Below are positions 45,928 to 55,469 of a stretch of 64,000 nt of DNA, piece after piece. The translations under genes were made by a program, and so were the position numbers. Each line of letters begins with the position of its first letter. Position 1 is the first letter of the stretch. The notes under the pieces are model-generated. The model searched no databases and was not told where the DNA came from. It saw nothing but the letters and a program-made list of their open reading frames with translations. The stretch lies in sequence record OQ603353.1. One strand, written 5' to 3'.

Positions 45928-47313
45928 TTGAGACTTTTGACGTTGATCGGTGAGAAGCAGGCATTGAAAGGCATCTGCTCGGATAATGAGAAGGTGTCGA
46001 GTCAGCTGCTCGGTACACTACGTGAGGAACACTTTCACAGTGGCCCATGCAAGGAAGCGTTTAAGCGAGTGCTGAACGTTGTCCGTAAGAAGGGTGAAGT
46101 GCCTGAGTTCGGTGAACTGTGCACTGACCCAGCCCTGTCGGAGAACACACGCAAGATTCTGACGAAGGAACTGAACAACAAGAAGAGCAAGATACCGAAG
46201 GACAAAGCTGCTGCACGCAACTTGATCGCTACGCTGGATCAGTATCGCAAGATGCGCGGCCTGTACTTCAATGCCAAGGAAGTGCTGGAGAAGCTGGACG
46301 GCGACAAGGTTGACATTGACGAAATGATCGACTCGTCTGCCGACGTTATCACCGGGCTGCGTAGTAGCGCAGGTGCCACGGCCAAGGTGTACCACCTTGG
46401 TGTCGGTAACAACATGGATCGCCTCATCAAGAACATCCTGTACGGTGAGAAGGCGTCCATCATTCCGACTGGCTACCGTGCATGGGATGACGTGAACGGC
46501 GGCATCCTGCGTGGTTCGTTCTTTGTTATGTCGGCAACTACGGGTGGTGGTAAATCGACCGTAGCCAATCAGACCTTGATGAACATGGCCGAACGCGGTC
46601 ATCGCGTCTGCCTCGTCGCGCTGGAAATGACCAGCGAGCAAACGATGATGCGAACGATTGCGGCAGAGACCGGCATCGAAGTCAACAAGATCGCCCAGCA
46701 GAAGCTATCGAAGGGCGAGAAGAAGAAGATCGAAAAGGCGTACAAGAAGAAGCGCGGTCACTTCAAGGAAATCAATGCTCGGTACAGTATCTTCTCTCCC
46801 GAAGAGGATATGTCACTGGAAGAGATTCTGTTCACGCTCAAGCCGCACAAGTTCGACGTTATCTGTATCGACTATATCTCCCTGTTGAAGGGCGTGGATG
46901 CAGATGAGAACTCGGTCAAGCAGCTGGGTGCTATCTCGCGTGCGGGCAAGATTTGGGCGAACAACACTGAGACTGTGCTCATCATGCTGGCGCAGCTTTC
47001 GGAAGAAGGCAAGATCAAGTACGCACGATCCATCGCAGAAAACGCTGACGTTGCATGGCTGTGGGTGTACACCGATGAGTCGCGTGAGACAGGCATCATC
47101 GACATCCGAACTACCAAATCTCGAAACCTTACCCCAATCAACTTCCAGCTGCTCACCGACTACAGCATCATGAAGGTTACAGACCTTGAGGATGCAGATG
47201 GTAATCGGGATGAGCGTGCGCCTGAGCCTACCAAGAAGGGCGACAAGCGACGTGCAGAACTGGATCGTCTGACGGAAGAGATTAACCTTCCCGACGATGG
47301 AGACGACGACTAA
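45928..47313 (+). CDS. dnaB: Replicative DnaB-like helicase
   Basis: SATTGGGKST, ALEM, ICIDYISLL, LAQL, SIAENAD. Confidence 0.88.
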   Translation: MRLLTLIGEKQALKGICSDNEKVSSQLLGTLREEHFHSGPCKEAFKRVLNVVRKKGEVPEFGELCTDPALSENTRKILTKELNNKKSKIPKDKAAARNLIATLDQYRKMRGLYFNAKEVLEKLDGDKVDIDEMIDSSADVITGLRSSAGATAKVYHLGVGNNMDRLIKNILYGEKASIIPTGYRAWDDVNGGILRGSFFVMSATTGGGKSTVANQTLMNMAERGHRVCLVALEMTSEQTMMRTIAAETGIEVNKIAQQKLSKGEKKKIEKAYKKKRGHFKEINARYSIFSPEEDMSLEEILFTLKPHKFDVICIDYISLLKGVDADENSVKQLGAISRAGKIWANNTETVLIMLAQLSEEGKIKYARSIAENADVAWLWVYTDESRETGIIDIRTTKSRNLTPINFQLLTDYSIMKVTDLEDADGNRDERAPEPTKKGDKRRAELDRLTEEINLPDDGDDD

Positions 47314-47324
47314 CCGGAGCCAAC

Positions 47325-47591
47325 ATGAAAGTACGAGCCGAAGTAATTACCCGTGAGAACGTTGATGTTGAAATCAACGTCAACGACGTGTTCACCAACA
47401 TCCTGTCCAAGCTGCGTACCGAGAGTAACGTTCCCTCTGACGCCTATATCAACAACAATGGGGAGTGGGAATCTTGGGATGACCTTGGGGGCCGTGGCAG
47501 TGGTCTTACCACCGTACACCGTCCGGCGACCGCTACTGAGCGCTCCCTGTACGAATCCATTGCACAGGTTCGGTCCTACACTAACGCATGA
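47325..47591 (+). CDS. Hypothetical protein
   Basis: 88-aa ORF with GGAG SD; ATGA coupling downstream. Confidence 0.65.
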   Translation: MKVRAEVITRENVDVEINVNDVFTNILSKLRTESNVPSDAYINNNGEWESWDDLGGRGSGLTTVHRPATATERSLYESIAQVRSYTNA

Positions 47592-48286
47592 GTACCGAAG
47601 CGGGCGGCGAGGTTACACCGTTTCAGCCTCGTGACCATTCGCCCCTCCTAGCGGAACTAGGAAGTCTGGACGCAGCCGCTCTCATGGAGCGGTTGGGTTC
47701 GGGAAGCATGGTGCGGGCAGATGAGGATGAATACAAGACGCAGAGCAAGCCAGTTCGGTCTCCCAACGTCTACTGGCAGGCTCCAACCGATTGTTGGATT
47801 TTCCTTTCCGGAAAAGCCGCCGATCAATTTGATGTAACAGGGCAGCGCGTCTGGAAGACTGAGGAAGAACGCCAGCAGGCCCTCATGCGCGAGCTAGTCA
47901 TTGACGAACTGGATGTCTCTGACGAAGACAAGGAATCATTTACCAAGACGTTGGAGCAAAGCTCCAACGCGTTCTACAGGGAGCTACTGCGACTGTGTGC
48001 GGTCCAACTCGGATACAACTCCGCGACGGACAAGATCATGCAGACGATGCAACTGCTCCTTGACGATCCGCATTTCACATTGAAGGACGTACAGATCAAG
48101 TCTACCCTACGCGACCTCGTAGACCTCAAGTTCACGGAAGCTATAGCCAAGCAGCTTAGGCTAGGCGACGTTAACGGGGTTTTGAACGCACGCATGGCAG
48201 CCTTGGCTCAATTCATTCCAAGAAATCCTGATGACTCAAAACTGTCTGAGTTGCGCGCACTACTTCAAATGCGCGGACCCGAATAA
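47588..48286 (+). CDS. Hypothetical helical protein, possible terminase small subunit
   Basis: Position directly upstream of TerL only; no diagnostic motif. Confidence 0.5.
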   Translation: MSTEAGGEVTPFQPRDHSPLLAELGSLDAAALMERLGSGSMVRADEDEYKTQSKPVRSPNVYWQAPTDCWIFLSGKAADQFDVTGQRVWKTEEERQQALMRELVIDELDVSDEDKESFTKTLEQSSNAFYRELLRLCAVQLGYNSATDKIMQTMQLLLDDPHFTLKDVQIKSTLRDLVDLKFTEAIAKQLRLGDVNGVLNARMAALAQFIPRNPDDSKLSELRALLQMRGPE

Positions 48287-50471
48287 GCAGGCGCGTGGCA
48301 GGGAATATTCCTGCCACGCTTGGACAGGTATCGACTTCTCATCGTCGGGCCTGAGTCTAGAAGCAACGAACGAGTACAAGTCTAAACAAATAGCCTCCAC
48401 TCTCATTGAGCCTTCGGCCATTGACGAGACGGAGGCTTTTGCTGCTGAACTCGGCCTAGAAAAGATGTGGGACGAGGTGCTGAACTCCAAGTCTCCGGTC
48501 CCGCCCGATCTTGTGGTGGACGACCGTGACTTCAAGGAATTCGGTAACTTCTTCGACTTCTGTATGGCGAAGGACGGCCTGACCGCAGGCACTCCCTTCC
48601 CGAGGCAGCTGTGGCTAATTGCCAATCTCCTAGGCGATGCTTGCGGCAACCCAAAGTGTACGGACCCAAAGTGGTTCGATGTAAACAACATTCCTGTCGG
48701 GTTGAAGAACATCTACGACCTGCTGGAAATGGTGACGTTCTATCAGAACGGTGTCTGTCCGAAGTGTAAGCAGACGCGAGCACAGCAGATTCGCAAGAAG
48801 ATTGTACGCCGACCTAACGAAGGTTACGCGTGCGTCGGTCAGCGTGCGGGTAAGTCTACCACGCTGTCCATGCTGTCCAGCTATATCCTGCACAAGTACC
48901 TCAAGTTGCAGAACCCCACTGCGGTGTTCGGTCTGTTCAAGGGCTCAATCCTGACGGCATCGTTCGTGGCGCTAACCTTCGGTCGTGCGCAAAACCTGCT
49001 CTGGAATCCAATCCAGAACATGCTGATGAACTCCGAGTGGTTCAACAACTACCACTCCATGCTGGATGATGTGAGTGCACGCAAGGGCATCGAACTCTAC
49101 AAGAAGCCCGGCGGTATCATGTTGCAGTATCGCCATCGTGACCTTTACCTCGCACCCTCGGGTCCGTCTAAGCGAACGCTGCGTGGTGATACGCGATTCT
49201 TCTACGTGGTGGACGAGGCCGGTCTGTTCCCAATTGACGGTAACGTGGACGACAAGGAACGTATGTCGATCTTTGAAACCCACACGTCGCTAAAGAACTC
49301 GACCCTGACCCTCCGAGAAGCCGCACGTCGTCAGCTGCGCAAGGGCTACAGCAACATCCCGACCGCGTTGGGTGTCTACATTTCCTCGCCAATGTCGCAC
49401 CGCGATTTCATCATGCGTGGCGTCAAGGAAAACGTCAGCAACAAGCGCGCGCTGGTTATGCACCTGCCGTCGTGGAAGTTCAACCCCGACCTTAGCGAGA
49501 AGTCGCTGCGCCGGGAATTCAAGAACGAGCCTGTCAAGTTTGAACGAGATTTCGGCGCTAACCCACCGCTGTCTGAGAACCCGTTCTTCGACATTGGCGA
49601 GCACCTGCAATCGACGTTTGCCCTCCCGGCCAACAAGATCGAGTACAAGTACAAGACGTTGAAGGACCCGCGGGCTGCCCTAAAGCAGAAGTGGGCAGAA
49701 ATCATTACCACACGCAACGTCGGTATGGTGCCTGTCAGTGCTATGGCACTCGACGCAGGCGAAGTGAACAACTCGTTCTCTATGGCAATCGGGCACGTGG
49801 AAACAACGCGAGAGCCGCGACTAGGTTTCGTGCGTACCGTCAAGGTCACGGGCATCATCGAGGTGGCGCCAAAGGTTCGTGTCTCTGCGATCAACTACAA
49901 CAGGATCGCCGAGCGCACTCTGTACCCGCTCATCCAGAAGTTCAACGTAGCCGCGCTGGTTTCGGATAGATGGCAGAACAAGAAGTTCCTGCACGATGCT
50001 ATGGCGAAGTTCCCCAACTTGTATACGGAGAACTACAGCCTGACCTATGAGGACATTGTGGAGTTCCGCGATCACCTCATGGACGAACGCCCCGGCATCC
50101 TCCTACCTCACCCTGAAATTTCCTTCGAGGAAATCGACAGGATGGAGACGGCGACGGACTACCCGCACTGCTTCAAGTACAAGCCGGTAGCCCATACGTT
50201 CTTCCAGATGCAGACGGTGCAGGATGCTGGTAACCAAGTGTCCAAGGGCTCAGGTTTCACTGACGATAATCTTCGGGCAGTGTTCCTCCTGTGCAAGTTC
50301 CTCCTTGACCCAGTATGGTGTAAGGCCCACATGAAGGGAACCTCCATCCGAGGCTCTGGCGGCATTGGTGCCGTGGCAGGCCGTTCGGGTGCTGTGGCAC
50401 TCCCTAGAGGGTCCATTATGCAAGCTGGGGCCTACGCCGCGCTAGGTTCTCGCGGCTTCAAGTTAGGCTAA
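48231..50471 (+). CDS. terL: Terminase large subunit
   Basis: VGQRAGKST (Walker A), YVVDEAG (Walker B), ISSP, nuclease ALDAG and FTDD; followed by the portal. Confidence 0.85.
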   Translation: MTQNCLSCAHYFKCADPNKQARGREYSCHAWTGIDFSSSGLSLEATNEYKSKQIASTLIEPSAIDETEAFAAELGLEKMWDEVLNSKSPVPPDLVVDDRDFKEFGNFFDFCMAKDGLTAGTPFPRQLWLIANLLGDACGNPKCTDPKWFDVNNIPVGLKNIYDLLEMVTFYQNGVCPKCKQTRAQQIRKKIVRRPNEGYACVGQRAGKSTTLSMLSSYILHKYLKLQNPTAVFGLFKGSILTASFVALTFGRAQNLLWNPIQNMLMNSEWFNNYHSMLDDVSARKGIELYKKPGGIMLQYRHRDLYLAPSGPSKRTLRGDTRFFYVVDEAGLFPIDGNVDDKERMSIFETHTSLKNSTLTLREAARRQLRKGYSNIPTALGVYISSPMSHRDFIMRGVKENVSNKRALVMHLPSWKFNPDLSEKSLRREFKNEPVKFERDFGANPPLSENPFFDIGEHLQSTFALPANKIEYKYKTLKDPRAALKQKWAEIITTRNVGMVPVSAMALDAGEVNNSFSMAIGHVETTREPRLGFVRTVKVTGIIEVAPKVRVSAINYNRIAERTLYPLIQKFNVAALVSDRWQNKKFLHDAMAKFPNLYTENYSLTYEDIVEFRDHLMDERPGILLPHPEISFEEIDRMETATDYPHCFKYKPVAHTFFQMQTVQDAGNQVSKGSGFTDDNLRAVFLLCKFLLDPVWCKAHMKGTSIRGSGGIGAVAGRSGAVALPRGSIMQAGAYAALGSRGFKLG

Positions 50472-50476
50472 TTTTA
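50468..50476 (+). promoter_or_regulatory. Candidate late-promoter element CTAATTTTA
   Basis: Upstream of the small Zn protein-portal-protease genes; overlaps the TerL stop codon, which weakens it. Confidence 0.45.
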
Positions 50477-50498
50477 CTCAGTAAACGAGGACAGTTCC

Positions 50499-50759
50499 AT
50501 GACCAAAACGATCAATCCTTTCTCCGACCTTCCTGTGGTCGCTCCTGCGGCTCCGGCTGCTGAAACTGCCACCACCGCGCCGGTCGAGGAAACTGCCACC
50601 ATCCGCCCCAACAAGCTGGAGACCACCAACAGGTGTCCGGTTGATGGGCGTCCTATGCAGCGAGTCATGTGTGGCGTGAAGGGCACCGATACGGAAACTC
50701 ACGCCTACGCCTGCCTTGAACATCGCGTGTGCCTGCCGGTACCCAACAGCGAACTCTGA
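50499..50759 (+). CDS. Small protein with C-terminal zinc-finger motif
   Basis: GAGG SD; CPVDGRPM...C...YACLEHRVCLP. Confidence 0.7.
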   Translation: MTKTINPFSDLPVVAPAAPAAETATTAPVEETATIRPNKLETTNRCPVDGRPMQRVMCGVKGTDTETHAYACLEHRVCLPVPNSEL

Positions 50760-50761
50760 CC

Positions 50762-52600
50762 ATGTTTGATTCCACCAAGCGCATTTCAGTTAAGCGGGGC
50801 AGGGGCCTCGTCACTGCTGCGCAGATGCCCCTGATGGGTTCGGGTGGCTTGAGTACCAGCATGGGTACTTACAGCAACCTCAACGTAAGTGCGATCAGCA
50901 CTTTCTTCCAACGAAGTGAAACCCTGCTCCGAGGCATTGCTGACGAGCAGGAATTGGCGTTCCGTACTTTCTACCGCGACATATACAGGTACGACGTTGT
51001 TGCCGGTACCGCTGTCGAAATGATGAGCGTGCTTCCGTTCTCGGACTTCACCTTGCAGGGTGGTACGCCGAAACAACTGGAGGTATTCAACCGCAACATC
51101 GACAACCTCGGTATGCGCACACTCTTCCCACAGCTGAGTGTGGACTACTATGTCTCCGGGCGTAGCATTTCGAGCATGCTGTACGACAACGACAAGAAGG
51201 TCTTCACCGATCTAATGTCGCACAATCCTGACAGCGCAGAGATTACCCCGAATCCTCTGTACGATCAGGAGCCTCGTATCAAGTGTCGTGTCGACCCCGA
51301 GCTACGCCAGTTCCTAGACTCCCGTGATCCTTACTTCACGAAGCTCAAGGAGCGCATGCCGGAGAGTGTGTTGCATGCACTCAAGAACAGCCATGTGGTT
51401 CTCGATCCGCTGACTACCTTGTTCCTGCCGCGTGCTCTGACCCCTCGGTCTACTGGTACGTCGCTGTACCGCCGCCTGATTCCGATCTACCTGCTGGAGA
51501 AGGTGCTGTATCGCGGTACCATCACTGAGGCGGCTCGCCGTCAGCGTGCTATCGGTCACATCATGGCAGGCTCGCAGTATTGGGAACCACAGGACGCTGA
51601 CTTGCAGAACCTGCTGGCCATGTTCCAGCAAGCGGACCTCGACCCTAACGGTGCCATGATCGCTACGCGTAACGACGTGCAGTATCAGGACATTCGACCG
51701 GGTGGCGACTTCTGGAAGTGGACGGACACTGCGGAGCAGCTGACGCCGTTCAAGATGCGCGCACTGGGAATCAATGACGCGCTGCTGTCGGGTGAAGCGA
51801 ACATCAGCACACAGGAAGCATCGCTGTCTCTGTTCCTTGAACAGTTGCGTACCTACCGAGACTACGCTACTCGCCGCACGTTCTACGACCGCATCTTCCC
51901 GATGATTAGTATCGTCAATGGGTTCAAGCCGTCCAAGCATGAAGAGTCCAAGATTCTGACCGAGACGGCCAATGGCAACATTGACCAGCTGGACGAAGAG
52001 ACGGAAGACGCAATCATCTTCCACCAGCTGGGCGACCATAACGTGCTGATTCCCCAAGTGCGTTGGCACAAGCAGCTGCGCCCCGAGGCTGACCGTGAGC
52101 ACCTTGACGTGCTGAACACGATGGCTGAACGTGGCGTGCCTGTGGGCCTTCGGACTTGGGCTGCTGCCGGTGGCCTCGACCTCGACAAGGAAGTGAAGGA
52201 ACTGGAGAACGACATTCAGATCCGAAAGAAGATTCAGTCGATTACGGGTGTGCTAGGCAACCAAGGTCAGCAGCAGGATGAAGGCCCTGACGACAGCTAT
52301 CAAGGTTCGGAAGCACAGGCACATGTCGCTGCTATCGTGGATAGTATGAGTGATACCGAAATCGCTGCTGCCGTTCGCATGCAGACTGGCCAGTATCGGG
52401 TACCCATCCTCGCACGTGACTTCGGCGGTGCATCTGAGATTATCGGCACCAGCCGTACTGGCAAGCCCAAGGCAGTGCTTAATCAGGCTCGGGCCAACCG
52501 CCAGTACAACGAACAGATGGCAACTGTTATTGGACGCCTTACCAACGCGGATCATTTCGCAAAGGTGCTGGCAGATGCAAAGACTAAGGGAGTCCCCTAA
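50762..52600 (+). CDS. Portal protein
   Basis: ~612 aa between TerL and the protease; YRDIYRYD..AGTAV...PFSDF and GTSLYRR motifs as in large-phage portals. Confidence 0.75.
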   Translation: MFDSTKRISVKRGRGLVTAAQMPLMGSGGLSTSMGTYSNLNVSAISTFFQRSETLLRGIADEQELAFRTFYRDIYRYDVVAGTAVEMMSVLPFSDFTLQGGTPKQLEVFNRNIDNLGMRTLFPQLSVDYYVSGRSISSMLYDNDKKVFTDLMSHNPDSAEITPNPLYDQEPRIKCRVDPELRQFLDSRDPYFTKLKERMPESVLHALKNSHVVLDPLTTLFLPRALTPRSTGTSLYRRLIPIYLLEKVLYRGTITEAARRQRAIGHIMAGSQYWEPQDADLQNLLAMFQQADLDPNGAMIATRNDVQYQDIRPGGDFWKWTDTAEQLTPFKMRALGINDALLSGEANISTQEASLSLFLEQLRTYRDYATRRTFYDRIFPMISIVNGFKPSKHEESKILTETANGNIDQLDEETEDAIIFHQLGDHNVLIPQVRWHKQLRPEADREHLDVLNTMAERGVPVGLRTWAAAGGLDLDKEVKELENDIQIRKKIQSITGVLGNQGQQQDEGPDDSYQGSEAQAHVAAIVDSMSDTEIAAAVRMQTGQYRVPILARDFGGASEIIGTSRTGKPKAVLNQARANRQYNEQMATVIGRLTNADHFAKVLADAKTKGVP

Positions 52601-52629
52601 CCGGGCTCCCTACTATTGAGGTATCACAG

Positions 52630-53436
52630 ATGAGTAACCGCATTCTACTGGAAACGGCAGGCATCGAGCACATCGACCTGACTCCGACTACGATCAATCC
52701 ACTTGACATGCACAAGATGCTCAAGCGGAAAGACATTGTGAACAACGGCGCTAACGGCCTTGTGGTCGCCTCGGCCATTAGCTCGGACGTTCCGCAGGGT
52801 GAGACGCTGGACGTTACCAACTGGCTGCCGAGCGCTGCCAAGGTATACAACATCAGCCCGAACATCGACGACTACCTGATGGTCCCTGTGTTCACCATTC
52901 CCTCGGAGTTGCCGAACCGTAACGGTGTTGGCTTCCCGCTGGAAGAACTGGTAGCGTTCTCTCCCGAAGACGGCATGCAGTATTACAAGACGTTCAAGGG
53001 CAAGCCGACTCACTACGAGCACGCCAACAAGGACTACACGATTGCCAAGGGCGTGATCGCAGACGTGTACCTGCGCCGACTGGATGGCTGGAGCGAGAAC
53101 AAAATCTACAAGATGGTCGAGCTACTCATGTTTGACCGCACCCGTGACGTTGACCTGTGCAACGACATTCTCAAGGGTCGGATCAACGCCTACTCGATGG
53201 GCGCGTACGTGGGCGGTTACACCTGCTCCATGTGTGGCAGCTTGATGGGTACGTGCAGCCATCTGCACCCGGACAAGAAGCTCGACTTCTACAAGCTGGG
53301 CAATCACCTTGTCTACCGCCGCGTCAAGAAGCCGCGAGGTTTTGAGACGAGCGCTGTCGGAACCCCTGCGTACAGCGTAGCAGCACAGGATACTGTGATC
53401 CCCATCAACAATTCCGAAACACTGATTACGCGATAA
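52630..53436 (+). CDS. Prohead (capsid maturation) protease
   Basis: PNRNG..FP..EL, F.GKP...EH.N, KG.I.D, YSMG (catalytic Ser), CS.CG...C.H, FETS.V..PA. Confidence 0.75.
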   Translation: MSNRILLETAGIEHIDLTPTTINPLDMHKMLKRKDIVNNGANGLVVASAISSDVPQGETLDVTNWLPSAAKVYNISPNIDDYLMVPVFTIPSELPNRNGVGFPLEELVAFSPEDGMQYYKTFKGKPTHYEHANKDYTIAKGVIADVYLRRLDGWSENKIYKMVELLMFDRTRDVDLCNDILKGRINAYSMGAYVGGYTCSMCGSLMGTCSHLHPDKKLDFYKLGNHLVYRRVKKPRGFETSAVGTPAYSVAAQDTVIPINNSETLITR

Positions 53437-53437
53437 C

Positions 53438-53474
53438 AAAGAGGGGCGTCTGCTTACGGGCAGCGCCCCTCTTT
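53438..53474. terminator. Intrinsic terminator
   Basis: AAAGAGGGGCG...CGCCCCTCTTT long stem. Confidence 0.75.
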
Positions 53475-53485
53475 GCGTTTTGGCA

Positions 53486-53496
53486 TCCTGTAAATA
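53486..53496 (+). promoter_or_regulatory. Candidate middle promoter TCCTGTAAATA
   Basis: Just after the terminator, 40 nt before the 53526 start. Confidence 0.6.
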
Positions 53497-53525
53497 ACCC
53501 CTGACGACCTAGGGATTTTTCTACT

Positions 53526-53933
53526 ATGGATTTGACTGTCGAACTTACTACTGAGCCCTCCCGAAAACCATTCAACGGACCTGTCCAAACGGAGACGTGG
53601 TGCTCAGATGGAGTTCCGGTGGTAGTGGTTTGGTACGCCACCCACCAATATGACGGGAAGTGGTGGGCAATCGTGACGGACATTGAACTTCCGAAACGAT
53701 TCAAGCGCTTCCCTCGCGCAGTCCTGCACGAACTACTGCGCCATGCTATCAACGCGCTAGGCACCGAGTACACTGTGCTCTACCCCTGCGCCCGTAAATT
53801 GCTGCGCCGCGTTGAACCGCTCTACATGCGCAGTCTCATTCAAGGCTACAAGCTCGGCATGCAGCACCTCAAGTTCTCGCCGAATGGTAGCAAGCACCCA
53901 TTTATGATTCTGAGAGAAGCCAATGATTCGTAA
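53526..53933 (+). CDS. Hypothetical protein
   Basis: 135-aa ORF downstream of the promoter motif. Confidence 0.6.
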   Translation: MDLTVELTTEPSRKPFNGPVQTETWCSDGVPVVVVWYATHQYDGKWWAIVTDIELPKRFKRFPRAVLHELLRHAINALGTEYTVLYPCARKLLRRVEPLYMRSLIQGYKLGMQHLKFSPNGSKHPFMILREANDS

Positions 53934-54435
53934 TCCAGTGTTTGACTTGTTCGATCTTGCTCCACACCACTCCACGCTCAAGTGGCTTGAAGAAGAACTG
54001 GAAGTCAGCGAAGCGACTGCTGACGATACCGATGAGTTCGATCAGAAGCGCTTGATCCATCTACGTCGCCTGCGCGATTTGGTTGCAGCCCTCCCGCTGG
54101 CAGCTACCCGCTATCAGCAGTCCCTGCGAGAAATGGAAGCTGCGCACTCGGAAGCAGTGTCCCTCAACAAGGTTGTGATGGATGGCCTTGCGAACACGCC
54201 GGGTGTTAGCTATGAGTTCGTGATCCACAATGGAGAGCCAGTGTTGAAGGTGGTGCCGCGTGCTCTTGAGTACACCGTGGCGATGGGCGAAGCAGGCGAC
54301 AACTACATTCGGTCTGTGGCTTTCCAAGGCAAGTTCACCCTGCCTCACTCTTTCCGGTGGCATGCTCTTTGGGAAGTCATGCAGACCGCAGCCTTGAACC
54401 CAACTGTTGAGTACACTGATGGCCAAACAGCCTGA
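53923..54435 (+). CDS. Hypothetical protein
   Basis: 170-aa ORF overlapping its neighbours. Confidence 0.65.
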   Translation: MIRNPVFDLFDLAPHHSTLKWLEEELEVSEATADDTDEFDQKRLIHLRRLRDLVAALPLAATRYQQSLREMEAAHSEAVSLNKVVMDGLANTPGVSYEFVIHNGEPVLKVVPRALEYTVAMGEAGDNYIRSVAFQGKFTLPHSFRWHALWEVMQTAALNPTVEYTDGQTA

Positions 54436-55012
54436 ACCGGCCAAGCCGGAAGTAGACATTACCCCAACGGACGCCACGAAGTATCCTGGTACGTGGCCGT
54501 GTACGATCCCTGCGCCTCGCCATTACCCGTTCTCCAAGCACGCCAAGTTGAGCACGAAGATGCGCGTGCTGATCCTGCCCGGTCGCATAGAGTATGATCC
54601 TGCAATGGCGGACATCGAAGCTGAGGTCAGCGGCCTTGCACGCAAGAACGACGTAACGTTGGTGGCTCACGACTACTACCGAGGTGCTTGCGAAATCATG
54701 GCACGTCGCCTCGGGCTAGACTACATGGTCATCAACGTGGACAACGACGATGGTAGGACTCTGCCCACCCCGGTAGCCCGGGACACGCTCAACACTAGCG
54801 TATCTGCGCGCCGCCGTGTCCTGAGCAAATCCGATCTTGTGCTAGCGGTCACGGATAGTCCGTTCCTCACCGCCCTTAGCAAGACCAATGCCAAGCGCAA
54901 GTCTCCTCTAACGATCAAGACCTTCCGGGCCAAGTACCACGATTACATTGACGCGAAGGTTAACGCCGTACCTACCACAACTCCCAAGAAGAAGCGTAAG
55001 AAAAAGTCATGA
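54419..55012 (+). CDS. Divergent SLOG/YspA-like protein with basic tail
   Basis: RVLILPGR...RGAC...SDLVLAVTD...KSPLTI follows the SLOG pattern by eye. Confidence 0.45.
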   Translation: MAKQPEPAKPEVDITPTDATKYPGTWPCTIPAPRHYPFSKHAKLSTKMRVLILPGRIEYDPAMADIEAEVSGLARKNDVTLVAHDYYRGACEIMARRLGLDYMVINVDNDDGRTLPTPVARDTLNTSVSARRRVLSKSDLVLAVTDSPFLTALSKTNAKRKSPLTIKTFRAKYHDYIDAKVNAVPTTTPKKKRKKKS

Positions 55013-55209
55013 GCGATTCCGAACTGTCTCCGTTCTTGGCCCGCAACAGGCCGTACACACCCACCCCTGACCAGCGGGCAGCGATGGATCGCAGCAAGAA
55101 ATTCCATGATCCCCTCCGAGTGCAGAATGGCGCTCTGATTGGTGAAGGCTCTACCAGTCAGCGCTTGGACGAACTCTTACCCTACGGGTCTAGACTCATA
55201 AAGGCATAG
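55009..55209 (+). CDS. Small hypothetical protein
   Basis: ATGA coupling; 66 aa. Confidence 0.55.
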   Translation: MSDSELSPFLARNRPYTPTPDQRAAMDRSKKFHDPLRVQNGALIGEGSTSQRLDELLPYGSRLIKA

Positions 55210-55469
55210 TGATGACGATCCCACACCACACTAGGAAAGACCCTCCCTCGTACAACCCGGTTCTGATCGTGCTGATCTTGGCTCTAATCGCAGTCATCGT
55301 TTACGGCACCTTCATCAAGGAACGTAACGAGGCGCGTCTCAACGAGCACAACAGCCAGCTGTATTCGGAGCTGTGTAAGAAGCAGGGTGGCAACCCTCTG
55401 TACGCAAACGACCCTGACCATCGTACTTGCTTGGTCGGCAACACTCCCATCAACGTAATCCAGCCATGA
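55209..55469 (+). CDS. Small single-pass membrane protein
   Basis: VLIVLILALIAVIVYGTFI helix; C-terminal C..QGG...C motif. Confidence 0.65.
   Translation: MMTIPHHTRKDPPSYNPVLIVLILALIAVIVYGTFIKERNEARLNEHNSQLYSELCKKQGGNPLYANDPDHRTCLVGNTPINVIQP

Noticed and set aside
35939-50471. Inteins or group I introns in polymerase, helicases or terminase
   Set aside because: The reading frames are continuous, with normal motif spacing and no C/S...HN-C/S/T splice junctions or LAGLIDADG blocks noticed.
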